Assembly: GCA_040954595.2 (NCBI GenBank)
Contig: CM082587.2
Location: 9,243,403 to 9,307,402 of the forward strand
Length of the DNA stretch: 64,000 nt
Source of the DNA: Balanoglossus misakiensis
Taxonomy: Eukaryota > Animalia > Hemichordata
Reading direction: 5' to 3'
Numbering within the stretch: position 1 is the first letter of the stretch; each line of letters starts with the position of its first letter. Of this stretch, positions 1-21,026 are shown in pieces. The translations under genes were made by a program, and so were the position numbers. The notes below the pieces were generated by a model. It did not search any database. It was not told where the DNA came from and saw only the letters and a list, made by a program, of their open reading frames with translations.

Positions 1-169
1 TATGGTTTAATATTTGAAAAAGTAGCAGGTGGGCCTGTACACCAAAGCCAGTCAAGTGGACTTTTTCCTCTTTCTGAAGTTTATCTGACTGTTTTCTTAA
101 TTCGGATATTAAGTTGCTCACACCCTGTAATAATCCTATAGGCCTTATATGGATGGTCACACCCACTCC

Positions 170-455
170 ATTAAGACAGTTGTGAAACGTCTCAGATCAA
201 ATACTAGCGTAAATTATTATGTGTGAACGGTTTAAGTGGTCCTGAAACGTCTCAGATTTGAGACGGCTTTGCTGGCCAGACCTGAGCCAGTGTAAGGATT
301 AACACCTCTCCGCAACCCATTGTCTATGGGGTCGAGCCTCAGCACCTATACACAAACTTTGTGTATGTGGACACAAGCGACTCAAAGGTAAGACATGTGT
401 ACTGTATGGGGTTCACACACATGCTTCTAAGACGTCTCAGATCATATACTGGCAT
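170..455. repeat. Interspersed repeat with internal ACGTCTCAGAT repeats; related copy at about 35233-35380
   Basis: CAGATTTGAGAC...GCCAGACCT...TTAACAC...TGTCTATGGGG is shared between the two loci. Confidence 0.6.
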
Positions 456-802
456 AAAAATGGCCAAATTGGGAATCACAGAATACATCAATAGTACATT
501 GTTCTTGTACCAATTTTGAATGAATTTGGTCGAGGCAGGTCCAAGTAATGGTTCCAGACAGTCAGGCAGAGGGAAATCTAATAGACTAGACTTGGTCCGT
601 GGGGACTAATAGCGATTACATGGCCATAGTAATGGCTGTGAACAGACACAGCATGAAGGAATAGTTGGATGCAGCAAATCTCAACTCATGCCCCCTGACA
701 TTGTCCACAGTGACTAAAGAATGGTGAACAATAAATGTCAACACATGTAAATTTCTTGTAAGCTTCTTGAAAATCGGCAACTTTCACGTGGCAGTGTCAG
801 CA

Positions 803-9571
<8,769 letters not shown>

Positions 9572-9770
9572 ATTGGACGACCTTTAACCTTTGCTCTGCT
9601 CTGCCCAGCATCCGAACCAGATTCACACTCAGGCGGATGGCGATGGAGATATCCAGACTGGCTCACTAGTCATGCTAGCCGCCAGTCGATTTTTTGTCTT
9701 TTTAAAGAGTCATTAACTAATTTGTTTGCACATTATCTTTCGTGTGTTTGCTTGCTTTGATCATGTTGTA

Positions 9771-9912
9771 TAGACTGAAAAATTCAGTCGTGTGCGGGCG
9801 CTCCGGCGCACTGCCTACGACCCTTCACTTTGTACCAGCAGTAAACAGTGACTCGATAAACAGTCATGGGTAGCGCGCCGGAGCGCCCGCACACGATTAA
9901 TCTTTCAGGCTA
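9771..9912. mobile_element. GC-rich TAG...CTA foldback element 200 bp upstream of the CNOT11 start codon
   Basis: Inverted arms of about 50 bp containing TCGTGTGCGGGCGCTCCGGCGC / GCGCCGGAGCGCCCGCACACGA; no TSD recognisable. Confidence 0.7.
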
Positions 9913-12900
9913 GTTTCGGTAATGAGCTGAGTTTCGGTTAGTCCCTGGCCTAAAGACCGAGTTACATGAAGCAACCAGTTAGGCAACCCGAGTTTGCTCG
10001 GTGAGTTGCCTCGTGTGTAGTCGTGTCGCTGAAAGAGTCAAGCGACGTCGCCTTGAAATCAGTCCTGACTCGCAAGTGGTTAATTGCCCCGCGTTACCAG
10101 TTTGCCTCGAATATACTTTGAAATCTGCACATGCGAAAATATTTCTAAATATTTAGTTCTATTTGGTATATCACGTTAAAAATCCCGTATTCGTCACTTC
10201 AATTAATTATCCTAATCTTTAGGCCCATTTCGAGAGCGTGCTCAGTAAAAATCTAATAAAGTAAACACTAAAAACAGACCAAGAAAAAAAGATCCAGACA
10301 CAAAAAAAGTTTACCTAATTAGGCCTACATAAAACAATTTAGCAAGTCTAAAACAGTCAGAAAAAGGTCGTGCGCAAAAAAAAGATGCTGTGTCAAATTA
10401 CATCCAAAGATAAAGTTGCTTTGATCAAGTTAAATACCACTTTCCACAAATCATGCCAATCAAAGATAAAATCTGGAACGAGCAGTCAGTTGCTTATACA
10501 GTCGAAAGTCATTCTCAATCAGTGATTAATACCATTATTGTATGAAACTCGTACATCATTAATACACGTTTGTTTGTTTTGTTTTGTTGTTGTTTTTTTG
10601 TTGTTTTTTTTTGTAGGAGCATGCAAGTATCCCGAAACAATACAAATTGTGTCATTAAGTCTGAGTGCAAAAGACAGTGCAGTCTGTGGTCAAATATATG
10701 TGGTTGGGCAGAAAAAATGAATGCGGAAAACTTAACTCGTACATTTCTGAGTAAATTTTGGTAAAGAATAAAAAACACTAAAAAAATATGCAAATTAGAA
10801 ATACATCAAACTTACATATTTTATATGTATATTTTATATTTCATAAAGCTGCGTCCATTTGAGATTATTCCCGTAGCTGTGGCAAATTAGGCCTACATCC
10901 TTTGGGACAGTATTTTGGACATGTATGCCTCATATTTATTACGTGCATATACACGCTGCATGTTTCATCCGATTTGGTGCAGCAATTTTAGAATTACAAC
11001 ACTATTTTCGTGTGTAGGCCTAAGTACAAATATTCCATAGTACGTTTAGATATTTACAAAAGGCATAGTGGTAAAAGGAATACGTCCTAACATTTAGGCG
11101 AGATCTCGCGGGTTTAAAAGTCTCAGAATGACGAGGTGTCATCCTTTACTGGAAAGTTGTAGTTGATCTGTTTTACAGAGTGGACACACTTGTGTGAAAA
11201 GTTGAGATCAGCAGCTTAAATACGACGGGAACTAAACTGGGGAGAAGAACACGTTTCCATAATTGTTCATATTTTTCTGCATGAGGAATGTTTTGTTTGA
11301 GGAATTTAATAAACTTCATATGTGAACGGCTTCAAGTTTTTCAACGAGGTATCTTTGATTCGGGGACCAAACAGAAGAGGCGTATTCAAGATGACAAGGA
11401 GATGTTAAAAATCATGGTTAGTGACGTGCATGGTATTGCCAATATATGGTTGGGTAGGGTGGGCGGGTTGTTCAGAGGTAAAGGGGACGTATATGCCACA
11501 AGACAAACCAGACTATACAAGCAGGGTCTGTTGTGACTACCAACTATCTCCTATGTTTTATTTAACCGTTGTTATCCCTTCTGAATACACTACTGTAATC
11601 TGCCCGCAAACATTACCAATACATGTACTATGCTAACGCGGTGTGTATCAACGTCAATGCAAGATACTTATCAGTGAAAATGGCTTACTCAGTGTTTGCA
11701 GGTGTTACATGTCACAGACCCTTGTTTTTTTCCCATCGGAAAGCGCGAAAGTAAAACTTTTTGGTAACGAAGCCAGTTTCATTTAGACCTTCATCACAGC
11801 TAGTGTATAAAAGAAGACAAAATAGCCGATGCACACAAGTCTCGCCACCACTGGGTTGCCTGTGGATTTATTTGAAAGCAACTGCACAGATTGCCATTTT
11901 CGGGCGCCAACGCTTTGTATCTTCATACAGCTCGTATTTCAATACCACGTATTCCAGATTTACAGTACACTTGCTCTCATCAGGCTAAATAACATTTGCA
12001 TGAGCCATTTCTCCCTTCATGTGGAGGTGTTCGTGTCTCTGTGCCACGGGTGATCCCCTTTGTTCACCACAGTGGTAGCTCCATGGTTCAATTAACATGA
12101 TTAAGTTAGTGAAGCCATACAATGATCTGTATAACACCTGGAACAGACCACTTCCTTGAGGGTGGGACAAGACCTGGCTTCATGTTACATTCGTTTACGA
12201 AGGTACATGCATGCGTAGACTGCGTATGTCCACGGACGTCCGAGAGCGCATTTGAAATCACAGTCCAACTGTGTGACCACAGTCCAGGTGCAGGTGTGAT
12301 TAAAAGTAACATTCTTATAATTGAAATCTTGTTTAACGTAATTCAATGCAATGTAATGTGAAATTACTCTTTACATTGTTAAGTTGCCTCTATTTTTATT
12401 TGAGAAAATCACGAATTCCAATGAATGCTGTAACTTCAAAAGTTGTTACATGAAGGTCGGTGTCACTCCAATGTCCATGAAAATGTTTGTAGTGTTGACC
12501 AACTGAGATATATTCAAGCACTTGTGACACGAACCTACAAAGTATTTGACTTGCCTCTCGGAGAAAAAGGCACTCGGATATGTTTCAAAAGACCAGTATT
12601 TGGCGGAAAGTGGTTTTGTAACCTGATATAATAGGTGTAACGGATGTCGCTTACAACCCACCCAATGATAAAGTGAACAGTTCAAGACGGACGCTTGTGC
12701 TCCATGGCGACAAGGACAATAGAGTCCTTCAGCAAACACTCCTTCATATGGGTGAACGTTGACCACATTACCATAACATGCAACACATACAACCAACTGA
12801 CACTTTGAATGGCGAGCATTGCAATGGTGGCGATCCCAGACTAGACGCTTGTCTTATACATTGCAATTGTCTTGACGCTTCGTGAACTTCTATATGCCGG

Positions 12901-13831
12901 CACTTATCACAAACCATTATGTACTCCAGTAAAAATAAGCTTGAAGCCACGGAGAAACTCTTTAGAGACGTTTCAACAGACTCGAAGTCCAAACATTTAC
13001 ACGGAAGACCTTTCCTGTCTATGGTAAGTTGAAGAACTTCAATGTTTCTAAATATGCTATTGACAGTATCGAATCGATTTGTTCAAGGTAGCATAGAGTG
13101 TATTTGATTTGGTTGACTTCATAAAATCCCCGTCATTTCACTCCAGACCAATTCCATGCATTGCCGGGCGTAGGAAGCAATCCTGACACAAGTAATTGTC
13201 GGTCGTTTGGGTCCACACCTGTTCAATGCAAACCGGTGTACTTGTCATATACCGTCACCGCCGACTAAAACTGCAGCCTTCAAGTGTTAGACATGCTGCG
13301 CCCCTTTGTTGTACTTAGGTGCCCACCTCGTCTCTTCTATAGTGGTTTTAGCACCGTTGCGCGCTGCCCCACGAAACACTGTATGCTACACTTCGTTAAA
13401 CGGTTTACACAGTCGGGCCAAATCAAGTCACTGCATGTGATACATTGCATCGAATGAAACGATGTACTTGGAAACCATAGCTACAGGTGTGTAACAACGA
13501 TTTGTGTTCTAAAGGTCATTCACAATCTACATCGATAAGACGCCTATAACTAGCACGCAAATATCAGAAAAGCTTGTAATCCCACTTACAGTGTTAATTT
13601 ATTTGTTACACGATAAAAATGTCACGATTTCGTTGCTTTGAGGAAATCGCTAATTTTTTGTCTGCTCTAATCTTTACACTTCCTCTTGATAATATTTCCA
13701 ATAGCTGGATTCTGATATATTTCGCCCTTTTACATTGAAATGGTTACCTACAGCTACGAACACAAAAGACCATTGATCACACCAAGGTTTTTTTGGACAT
13801 TGTACGTCTATAGAACAACCGTGGTATGACA

Positions 13832-13913
13832 TAGCCTAGTACCTAGCCGTATTTTGTCAGCTTTGCTTCCAAAACTAAAGCAAAACGGGCAAAATACGAC
13901 TAGGGCTAGGCTA
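13832..13913. mobile_element. 82-bp TAG...CTA hairpin element with perfect 9-bp TSD
   Basis: GGTATGACA|TAGCCTAGTACCTAGCCGTATTTTG...CAAAATACGACTAGGGCTAGGCTA|GGTATGACA. Confidence 0.88.
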
Positions 13914-16549
13914 GGTATGACATTAACCGGTTTGAATATATATCTCCGCTGTTTTAACATGTGCGAAAGTCCGACGTGAATTCAGATGATTATTTCATGC
14001 ACATTTCTGGGATGTGGAACGCAGCTATTCGTCTCAACTAACCACATACCCAGCCTTAGAAAATTATGATGGCTACAGAACGTAACCGCTTGAAAACCGG
14101 GTTGTAATAATATGAGTACTAGTGTCCAATAATAGGAGGAACAATTGAAACAATTACCGTACAGTGATTGTGAACGAGAAACCCCTTGTTTTTGTTACTA
14201 ATATCAATTGGGCCAAAGGTGCCCTTGAAACTTCACGGGTTAACATTGATATTTAGTTAGATTTTAAATCCCAGGGCGGTTATTCTACTGCAGGACCTGA
14301 GATACTATAGGCATTATTTCGGGCAGATGTTAAAACTGACGTTTATTGACGTTCACTCTCAATAGCACGCACCTAATTAAACCAAACAAGTCTGAAACGC
14401 AAGCCAAGATACTTGTACTATGTACTTATTGTCAAGTTCTGTGTGGCTGAAAGCGGCAAACAATTCCACTGTCTCTCGGTACACTAACACGTTACATCAT
14501 TATGTATACATATGCAACATCCTAACAACTGGAGAGGGTCTTTCAAACACACTGTTACAAAGATCATAATAAACTCACGCGTCGACGTTGAAACGGGCTA
14601 TGCATTGGCATTTATAAAAGGACATGGCTCATCCAGAAAGTTTAAATAACTACAGAATACAGATATACGTCTTGTTTCATGTTTTTTTTTACAACGAAGT
14701 AGGATTGCTTTTTGTTGTAGAATACACATCTTGTCTTGTTATGGTCGTTGTCTTCCCGTTTGTGTTGCTGCCAGGCATTCGGTAAGTCTGATGGTAATCG
14801 GTCATCTGTATTCAAAAGGCAGACGATGCAGTGACAATGATGAGTTAATCACTTGATCCGTTTGTATTCACCCAGAAACATGCATCAAGTAGCCAGGATT
14901 GTACAGACGGTAATAGAAAAGTCGCACAGTCATCCGTAACCAAACTGGGGAATAAATAAAACACGACAGCTTCGTTTTGTGAACAATAATAAATCTGTAA
15001 GAGAAAAAAACCCCGCTCCATTCACACTCAGGCTATCATCATTTTAAAAGTGAAATCCAATCTGCAGCGTTGCTAGGTGACCGTCCGTCGGTCGTGCCCC
15101 GGAGAATCCTGGGAAACATAATAAATTCTAACAATGGCATATCTGAATAGCCTACACCGTTCCACTCTTGCACTTTACTTAGAAACCTTCTTCTTATGTG
15201 ATGGAATTTAATTACAAAGACGACGAACAAGCAAAGCAAACTTTCTGCTCTTGCCAACGTCTTGTTCCGCCGAAGTTTTAAAACTTTATAGACCATACGC
15301 ATGATGTGAGCAGAACAATGTGTTTTCCATTTACACGCAGTCGATGTCAAACTTCTTTCATTTAAAATTTCACCGCCAGTTTTCATTATAACCTAACCCA
15401 AGAATCATTACTTTTAAGGATGTTCGCGCAGAACATAAACCGGAAACACTGCGCGCCCGTTCTTTTTCCCATAGGATTACATTGATAATAGCTAGAAAAC
15501 AAACTTCTACTATTGTCATTTTCACGAAATTTTACACATAGCTCAGTCCAGGAAATATAAATTCATTGGTAAAATAAAATATAGGGGTCACTGTGCTCTA
15601 TTTTGAGATAAATTGCGTTAAAAATTTTGCCCATAGACAAACCATTGGTGAAAAATGCTGAGTGAACAGTTTTCTTCTATTATCGACTAAATTCTTTATA
15701 CATACAAAGGAGAATCCAAAAATCCATGGTTACTACTAATACAGAACATTCACGTGCTCAAGTTTGATACTAAAACAACAAGTAAACAGGTTTTAAAAAC
15801 AGTTTGTAAATGTATTCCATTATTTCCTTTCGGCATTCAATGGTTTCCTTTGATGAAGTCATAGTTGATACCAAGCCTGAATTGTACTCGTCAGTTACAA
15901 TACAGAACGAACAATTGTATAACGCAACTTGTAAGTCAATCCGACTGTTTCCTGCAAACATATTTGGTTTGTTAGTTTTGTGAAGACAGTGTCAGAACAA
16001 GGGTCAAGAGTCGTGACTCCGAATATCACGCCTTCAAAACAGTGAGACGCGCTATCGATCGCATTTTTGCGTAACTGAAACGCCACGGCGTGTTTCTTGT
16101 AAATAAATTGGTTTAAGTTTAAAATACCTGGCAATCCTTCGGTGATTTACAAATGCAATTTGGAGTCCGGAATGTAAAGTATATTACTTTACAACGAAGC
16201 CAGCGCTTTTATTTACTGTTTAGCAGTACATGATTACATAGTAAAGTGCTGACATTTTGTATTATATGTACCTGCGGGCGAGTCTGAAAACCTGTATTGT
16301 GTCTAAGGTCAAAATGCTATTTGGGATCTGATAGCAATCTACACAATATTGACACAGTCATTTCTACATATGTTGACAATGCACGACTCGTGTAAAATGG
16401 CCAGCAAATCCCTTCATGCTATCCCGGATAGACTCACTGTTGTCAATTATTTACTGTTCACTTAGGGATGGACCATTATATTACGGGAGGGATGATCGGC
16501 TGGAAGGTCCTCACTGTCGACAATTTAACAGCCCCCCTCGCTTCACCGC

Positions 16550-16552
16550 TAA

Positions 16553-16631
<79 letters not shown>

Positions 16632-16632
16632 G

Positions 16633-16695
<63 letters not shown>

Positions 16696-16698
16696 ATA
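16550..16698. repeat. (TAAA)n microsatellite, about 37 units
   Basis: Direct reading; one interruption. Confidence 0.98.
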
Positions 16699-19600
16699 TT
16701 TGTTCTTGCAGGAATGCTTTATTCTTGTTGGTGTAAGCCCTATAATCTCACATGGATCGAAAGCGGACAGTTTAAAAAGTGGAACACATTTGACAGAATT
16801 TTACTAACATGCATTGAGTGACACCACATTTATTGAGGCTATGTGGCTTTGTATTCATGTGTTTTGCCAAATTTGCATCACTCACAAATTTTATTTGAGG
16901 AGATTGGGGATGCTCCAATTTCTCCTTCAAATGAGAGGCTAAGATTTTAATACCCCTATAGTCACTAATTATGTAAAATTCCTCGTCTTTAGGAATGATT
17001 TGATCAAGGCTCATATTCTATACATGTACGTTTAGTCCATTGATGTATATTTTACGCTTTTCTCGATGTGTATGGAACAACAACCTCATATCCGTATGTC
17101 AATAACTTTCAAAAGCTTTCAAAATCATTCACCACGACTAGGCCTACATTGATGATTCATACTCACAAACAATTAAAATATAAAATGGGTGACTTATGCA
17201 CTCTTAAAGTTTTGTCTATGGGGAAATTACTAGTATTACCACAGAAATTGTATTCAACGATTTATGCTATTCAAATATGTGACAGAATTAATGGACGCCG
17301 CCATCTGTCGTTCAACTTCGATTCCTAAAGAAATCGCCTCGTGGGATAGTGGTTGAATAATTATTGAGATGGTCTTTGAAGTGAAATTCGGAAAATCTGG
17401 TGTATATTTCAGCTGTGCTGGATAGCGTGGAATATGTGCAGCTTCTCAAAATGTAGAGATTAATTACATGAATGTGTTGGTTTATTTGAGACAAGTGTTA
17501 GACCTTTCTCTAAGAATTGCCTGGTGCGGTTCTCTCCCCCCTCTCTCTGTAGTAGTAGGGCGGTGCCGCCACAAGAACCAAGCGAGTTTGTGAACATGAA
17601 TACCGCAAAGAACAACGATGTCAATCACGGTGGCGTCTTGAGACAGAAAACCAAGGCATCTGGATTATCGGAATTTAAAGTAATTACAATGTCATTCTTG
17701 CACAACTATACCTTATTTCCTAAAACGTAGATCCGGCAAGTCTGCGTATACCTGCGGTAATTTTCCAACAAAACGATGTAGAGGATTCAGCCTGATGGAC
17801 TGTAATGTGCAAATACCTTGACTTTTGGCAAACTGACAAATTCCACATGTACTTATTCACACACCTTTACAAACGAACACTTTCCGTCCGTAAATCTGTT
17901 TTCGTCACTTAATGTTATGTCAACTAGACCACGAATCTTTTACTTCAAGACAGTTTTGACATTCAAATTGCTTGAATAGCCTTGCTCCGGAGTACCTATA
18001 TAAAATTCGTGTACACTTCAGAGTAATGTACTATTAATTACAGTGCACGGTAAAGGCCTGTTCTTCGTCAAGATTTGACAGTTCTCAGATATACTTCAAG
18101 ATATGGTTAACATCACGTAGCTTTCGTTATCGTACCGCTAAAAACAATTTTTTGCATACTTTCAAATGTGACGTAAAATGTTTCATAAAACGAAATGTTT
18201 TTTTTTCTGATTTCTGATTGGTAGATGTAATGATGAGCTCCGATGTAAATTGCTGTACAAGTAACTCGGCTACTCAATTATGTCTCTGTGGGTAACGAGA
18301 CTAGCTGTGAGCTGAGCTTTGTGAGCATTGGCTGACGGGATACCTAATACTCTTTCTATAGTTTTACATTGAAATCTGGTCCGGTTGTCAACACCCTGAA
18401 GCGCCCTCGCACGACACCTATGTGCACCAAACAGAATGACACTCATATGTCGGTCTGTTTACTAACTGCCTCACTCATCAGGAGACTCTAGCCACCCTTA
18501 CTTATATTCATCTCTACTTTTAGTATACTAGTATGTAATTTTGTTAAATGATAATTTGAACACACGCCATCGTCATATACATGCACGCAAAAAATCAAGA
18601 CAAGAAGCCATGCACAACAACATCGTCTAGTTTTGTTTACTTCAGTGATGCTTGCCCATCCGTAATGCTGAGTGAAACGAAAAGTTCACAGTAAATAGGC
18701 TTAAATGCTTAAACATTTGCATCTGGACCCAACAAAAAACTAAACCTACTAATCCTTAGTGTCTGTAGAACACAAACAAAAGCCATTATAATGTCCTCAG
18801 TAGTATTATCTGCAGGTCTGATCGTGAAGAGTTTTTATAATGTGCACAGCATGACCCGCGATTCTATGTAATGCTTTATTGTGGATATCAAAGACATATT
18901 CTGTGAACTTATGCGTACTTATAATTATTTTTGTCTTACTCATTGCAGTAAGTCAACAACTATTAAATTACATTTAAGTACTGGGTGTCAGTGTGGATGG
19001 TGGTGGAGGTGAGGTGAGGTGGTGGTGGTAATTTGTTATTCAGCTAAGCCACATTACTATTGTCACTCCTCATTCAAAACAAACATAACTTTTTTTACAA
19101 CACCATTGACTTTTCGGTGCATGTTTGTACTGATTTGTTTGATGCTGTGAATAGTCTTTTAAGACGCTCTTACCGTTATGTTCATATTTCGTTTTACACA
19201 CTTCATATCGACCTTATATCGACCATTATACCGTGACTTCTCAGTGCAATAAAATTTAATGTTTTAAAAGAACACATATCATGTCTGGATCCATCATGCA
19301 TATGTCTATCTCACAACTTTCGGAGCTGATAAGGCATTGGTTTCTTTACTTTAGCAAAACCTCATAAAAGTACTGGTCAAAAAAAGAATTGACAAGGGAT
19401 TGATGATTCCATATAGACTTCACTGTCTAGCCCCCTCTACTGTCCGTGGTAATTCTAACATAGAAAAGACATGTAGGTAGGCCTAAAACCTAGGCAAACA
19501 GGTATTCCTTTTGGCCAAAAAAATTATCCGGTGATTTATGGTTCACTTGTAGTAGTGTCCTGTTTGTCCAATTGACTGGATATTTCAAATTTGTGTACAT

Positions 19601-21026
19601 TTTGCGCATGCACCCAACCTAAATTTACCGTAGACCCCGGGGAGGGTTAACTTTTCATTACCGATTGACCCCGAATTACAAACCCTACATTAGCGGAACG
19701 CGAACAAGCCGCCTATCTCTACGGCTGGTTTTAATCAGATAGCCAATTATTGTGTTATAACATCATGATTATTAACAGTACAGGGAATTTGTAGACATAA
19801 TAGTGCAATATACAACAAATGACACCTGTAGGCCTACACCGTTAACTTAGCTGAAAATCTTGCAACTTTACAACAGAAAGTATAATGGGGTACGTATTGA
19901 CAAACGTTTGAGAACGTTTGGTCCTGGACGACGTTCAACGCGGTTAACATGACATGAAGAGATTACATTGTTGTTTCAAGAATTTGTCTGTGACGTTTTG
20001 ACAAGTGATAACGAAATAAATTTAAATAACTGGTTGCGGAATCGGTCTGCCACTCCACGCTGCTAGTTGATGTATTAATCAGACTATACTTCCGACCTGA
20101 TGCTATATTTTCATATATCGCTATATATAGTTTTGGGAGAGTCATGTGAATAATTAATGTCTCCATTAAACCATGAAAAAAGGCGTTTTATTACTGACAG
20201 ATTGTGACTGTTAACATACCAACGAGGGGTATTAAAATGGACAGGTTGGGAGCGGTAGAATATGTTTTAGGAAATATGTTTTCATTTTTCATATGTCAGT
20301 GGTGGTTGCTTTTTACATCGGGACCTATACGATCCTACATGGATTCAATGTAAGCCAGATTATCTTCACTCTGGCCAAGTGATGGTACGATTTTCTTTCC
20401 TAGCAGGAATATTTGTCCCTCAAAACATGGTTAGGGAAACTGTGCCGGGCCCGACCTAGCTTATCCGCCCGGGTCGGACGATGGAGCGAGATCCATTAGC
20501 AAAGACCATGGAGTTACGTACCAAATGATTGGTACCTCCATGCAGAGATTTACAATTAGTGCTGTATAACACCAATGACTTCTGTCTCACTACAGTCAGC
20601 TGTGACTGCGCTGAATTGTTGTCATCGGCAACCGTAACAAAGTACATGGTTGCGTGTCTTTCACTCCCTCACCCGCGGGGCAAAGGTGTAGACTGCCCCC
20701 GCTGAAGTTTTTTACTGCTAGTTTTAATCGCAATGCTCCCGTCACCAAAGATAATACGTGTATACTTTCATTCAATCAGTCTGCATTGAACGCCCCGCGT
20801 CGATTTGTGAACGACAGTCAGATTCAACTGAGCTGACTGTCAAGCATTCGTCGCCTGACAAGCTGACAAAGGTGTTGCGTTCAAATTGGGACTTGTCGGA
20901 GTACGTGTTCTGTTTACTCAGGTCACTGACGCTAGTATCATAGATACGTTCTCTGGACGCGTTAAGTGGGTTGAAATGTATTCAGTTACAACAAGCCCCA
21001 CCTGTAGGCCAGCAGCACCTACAGAC

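Noticed and set aside
14610-14790. TATAAAAG followed by a short ORF and a GTAAGT donor
   Set aside because: No downstream exon or recognisable protein could be linked.
15895-16134. Minus-strand ORF with faint THAP-like SHCFEG
   Set aside because: Lacks the Cys/Trp/AVPT pattern and has no matching terminal inverted repeats.
17596-17690. Candidate extra first exon for the NWD-like gene (MNTAKNNDV...)
   Set aside because: Weak donor, no homology, and its phase does not fit the acceptor before 21008.
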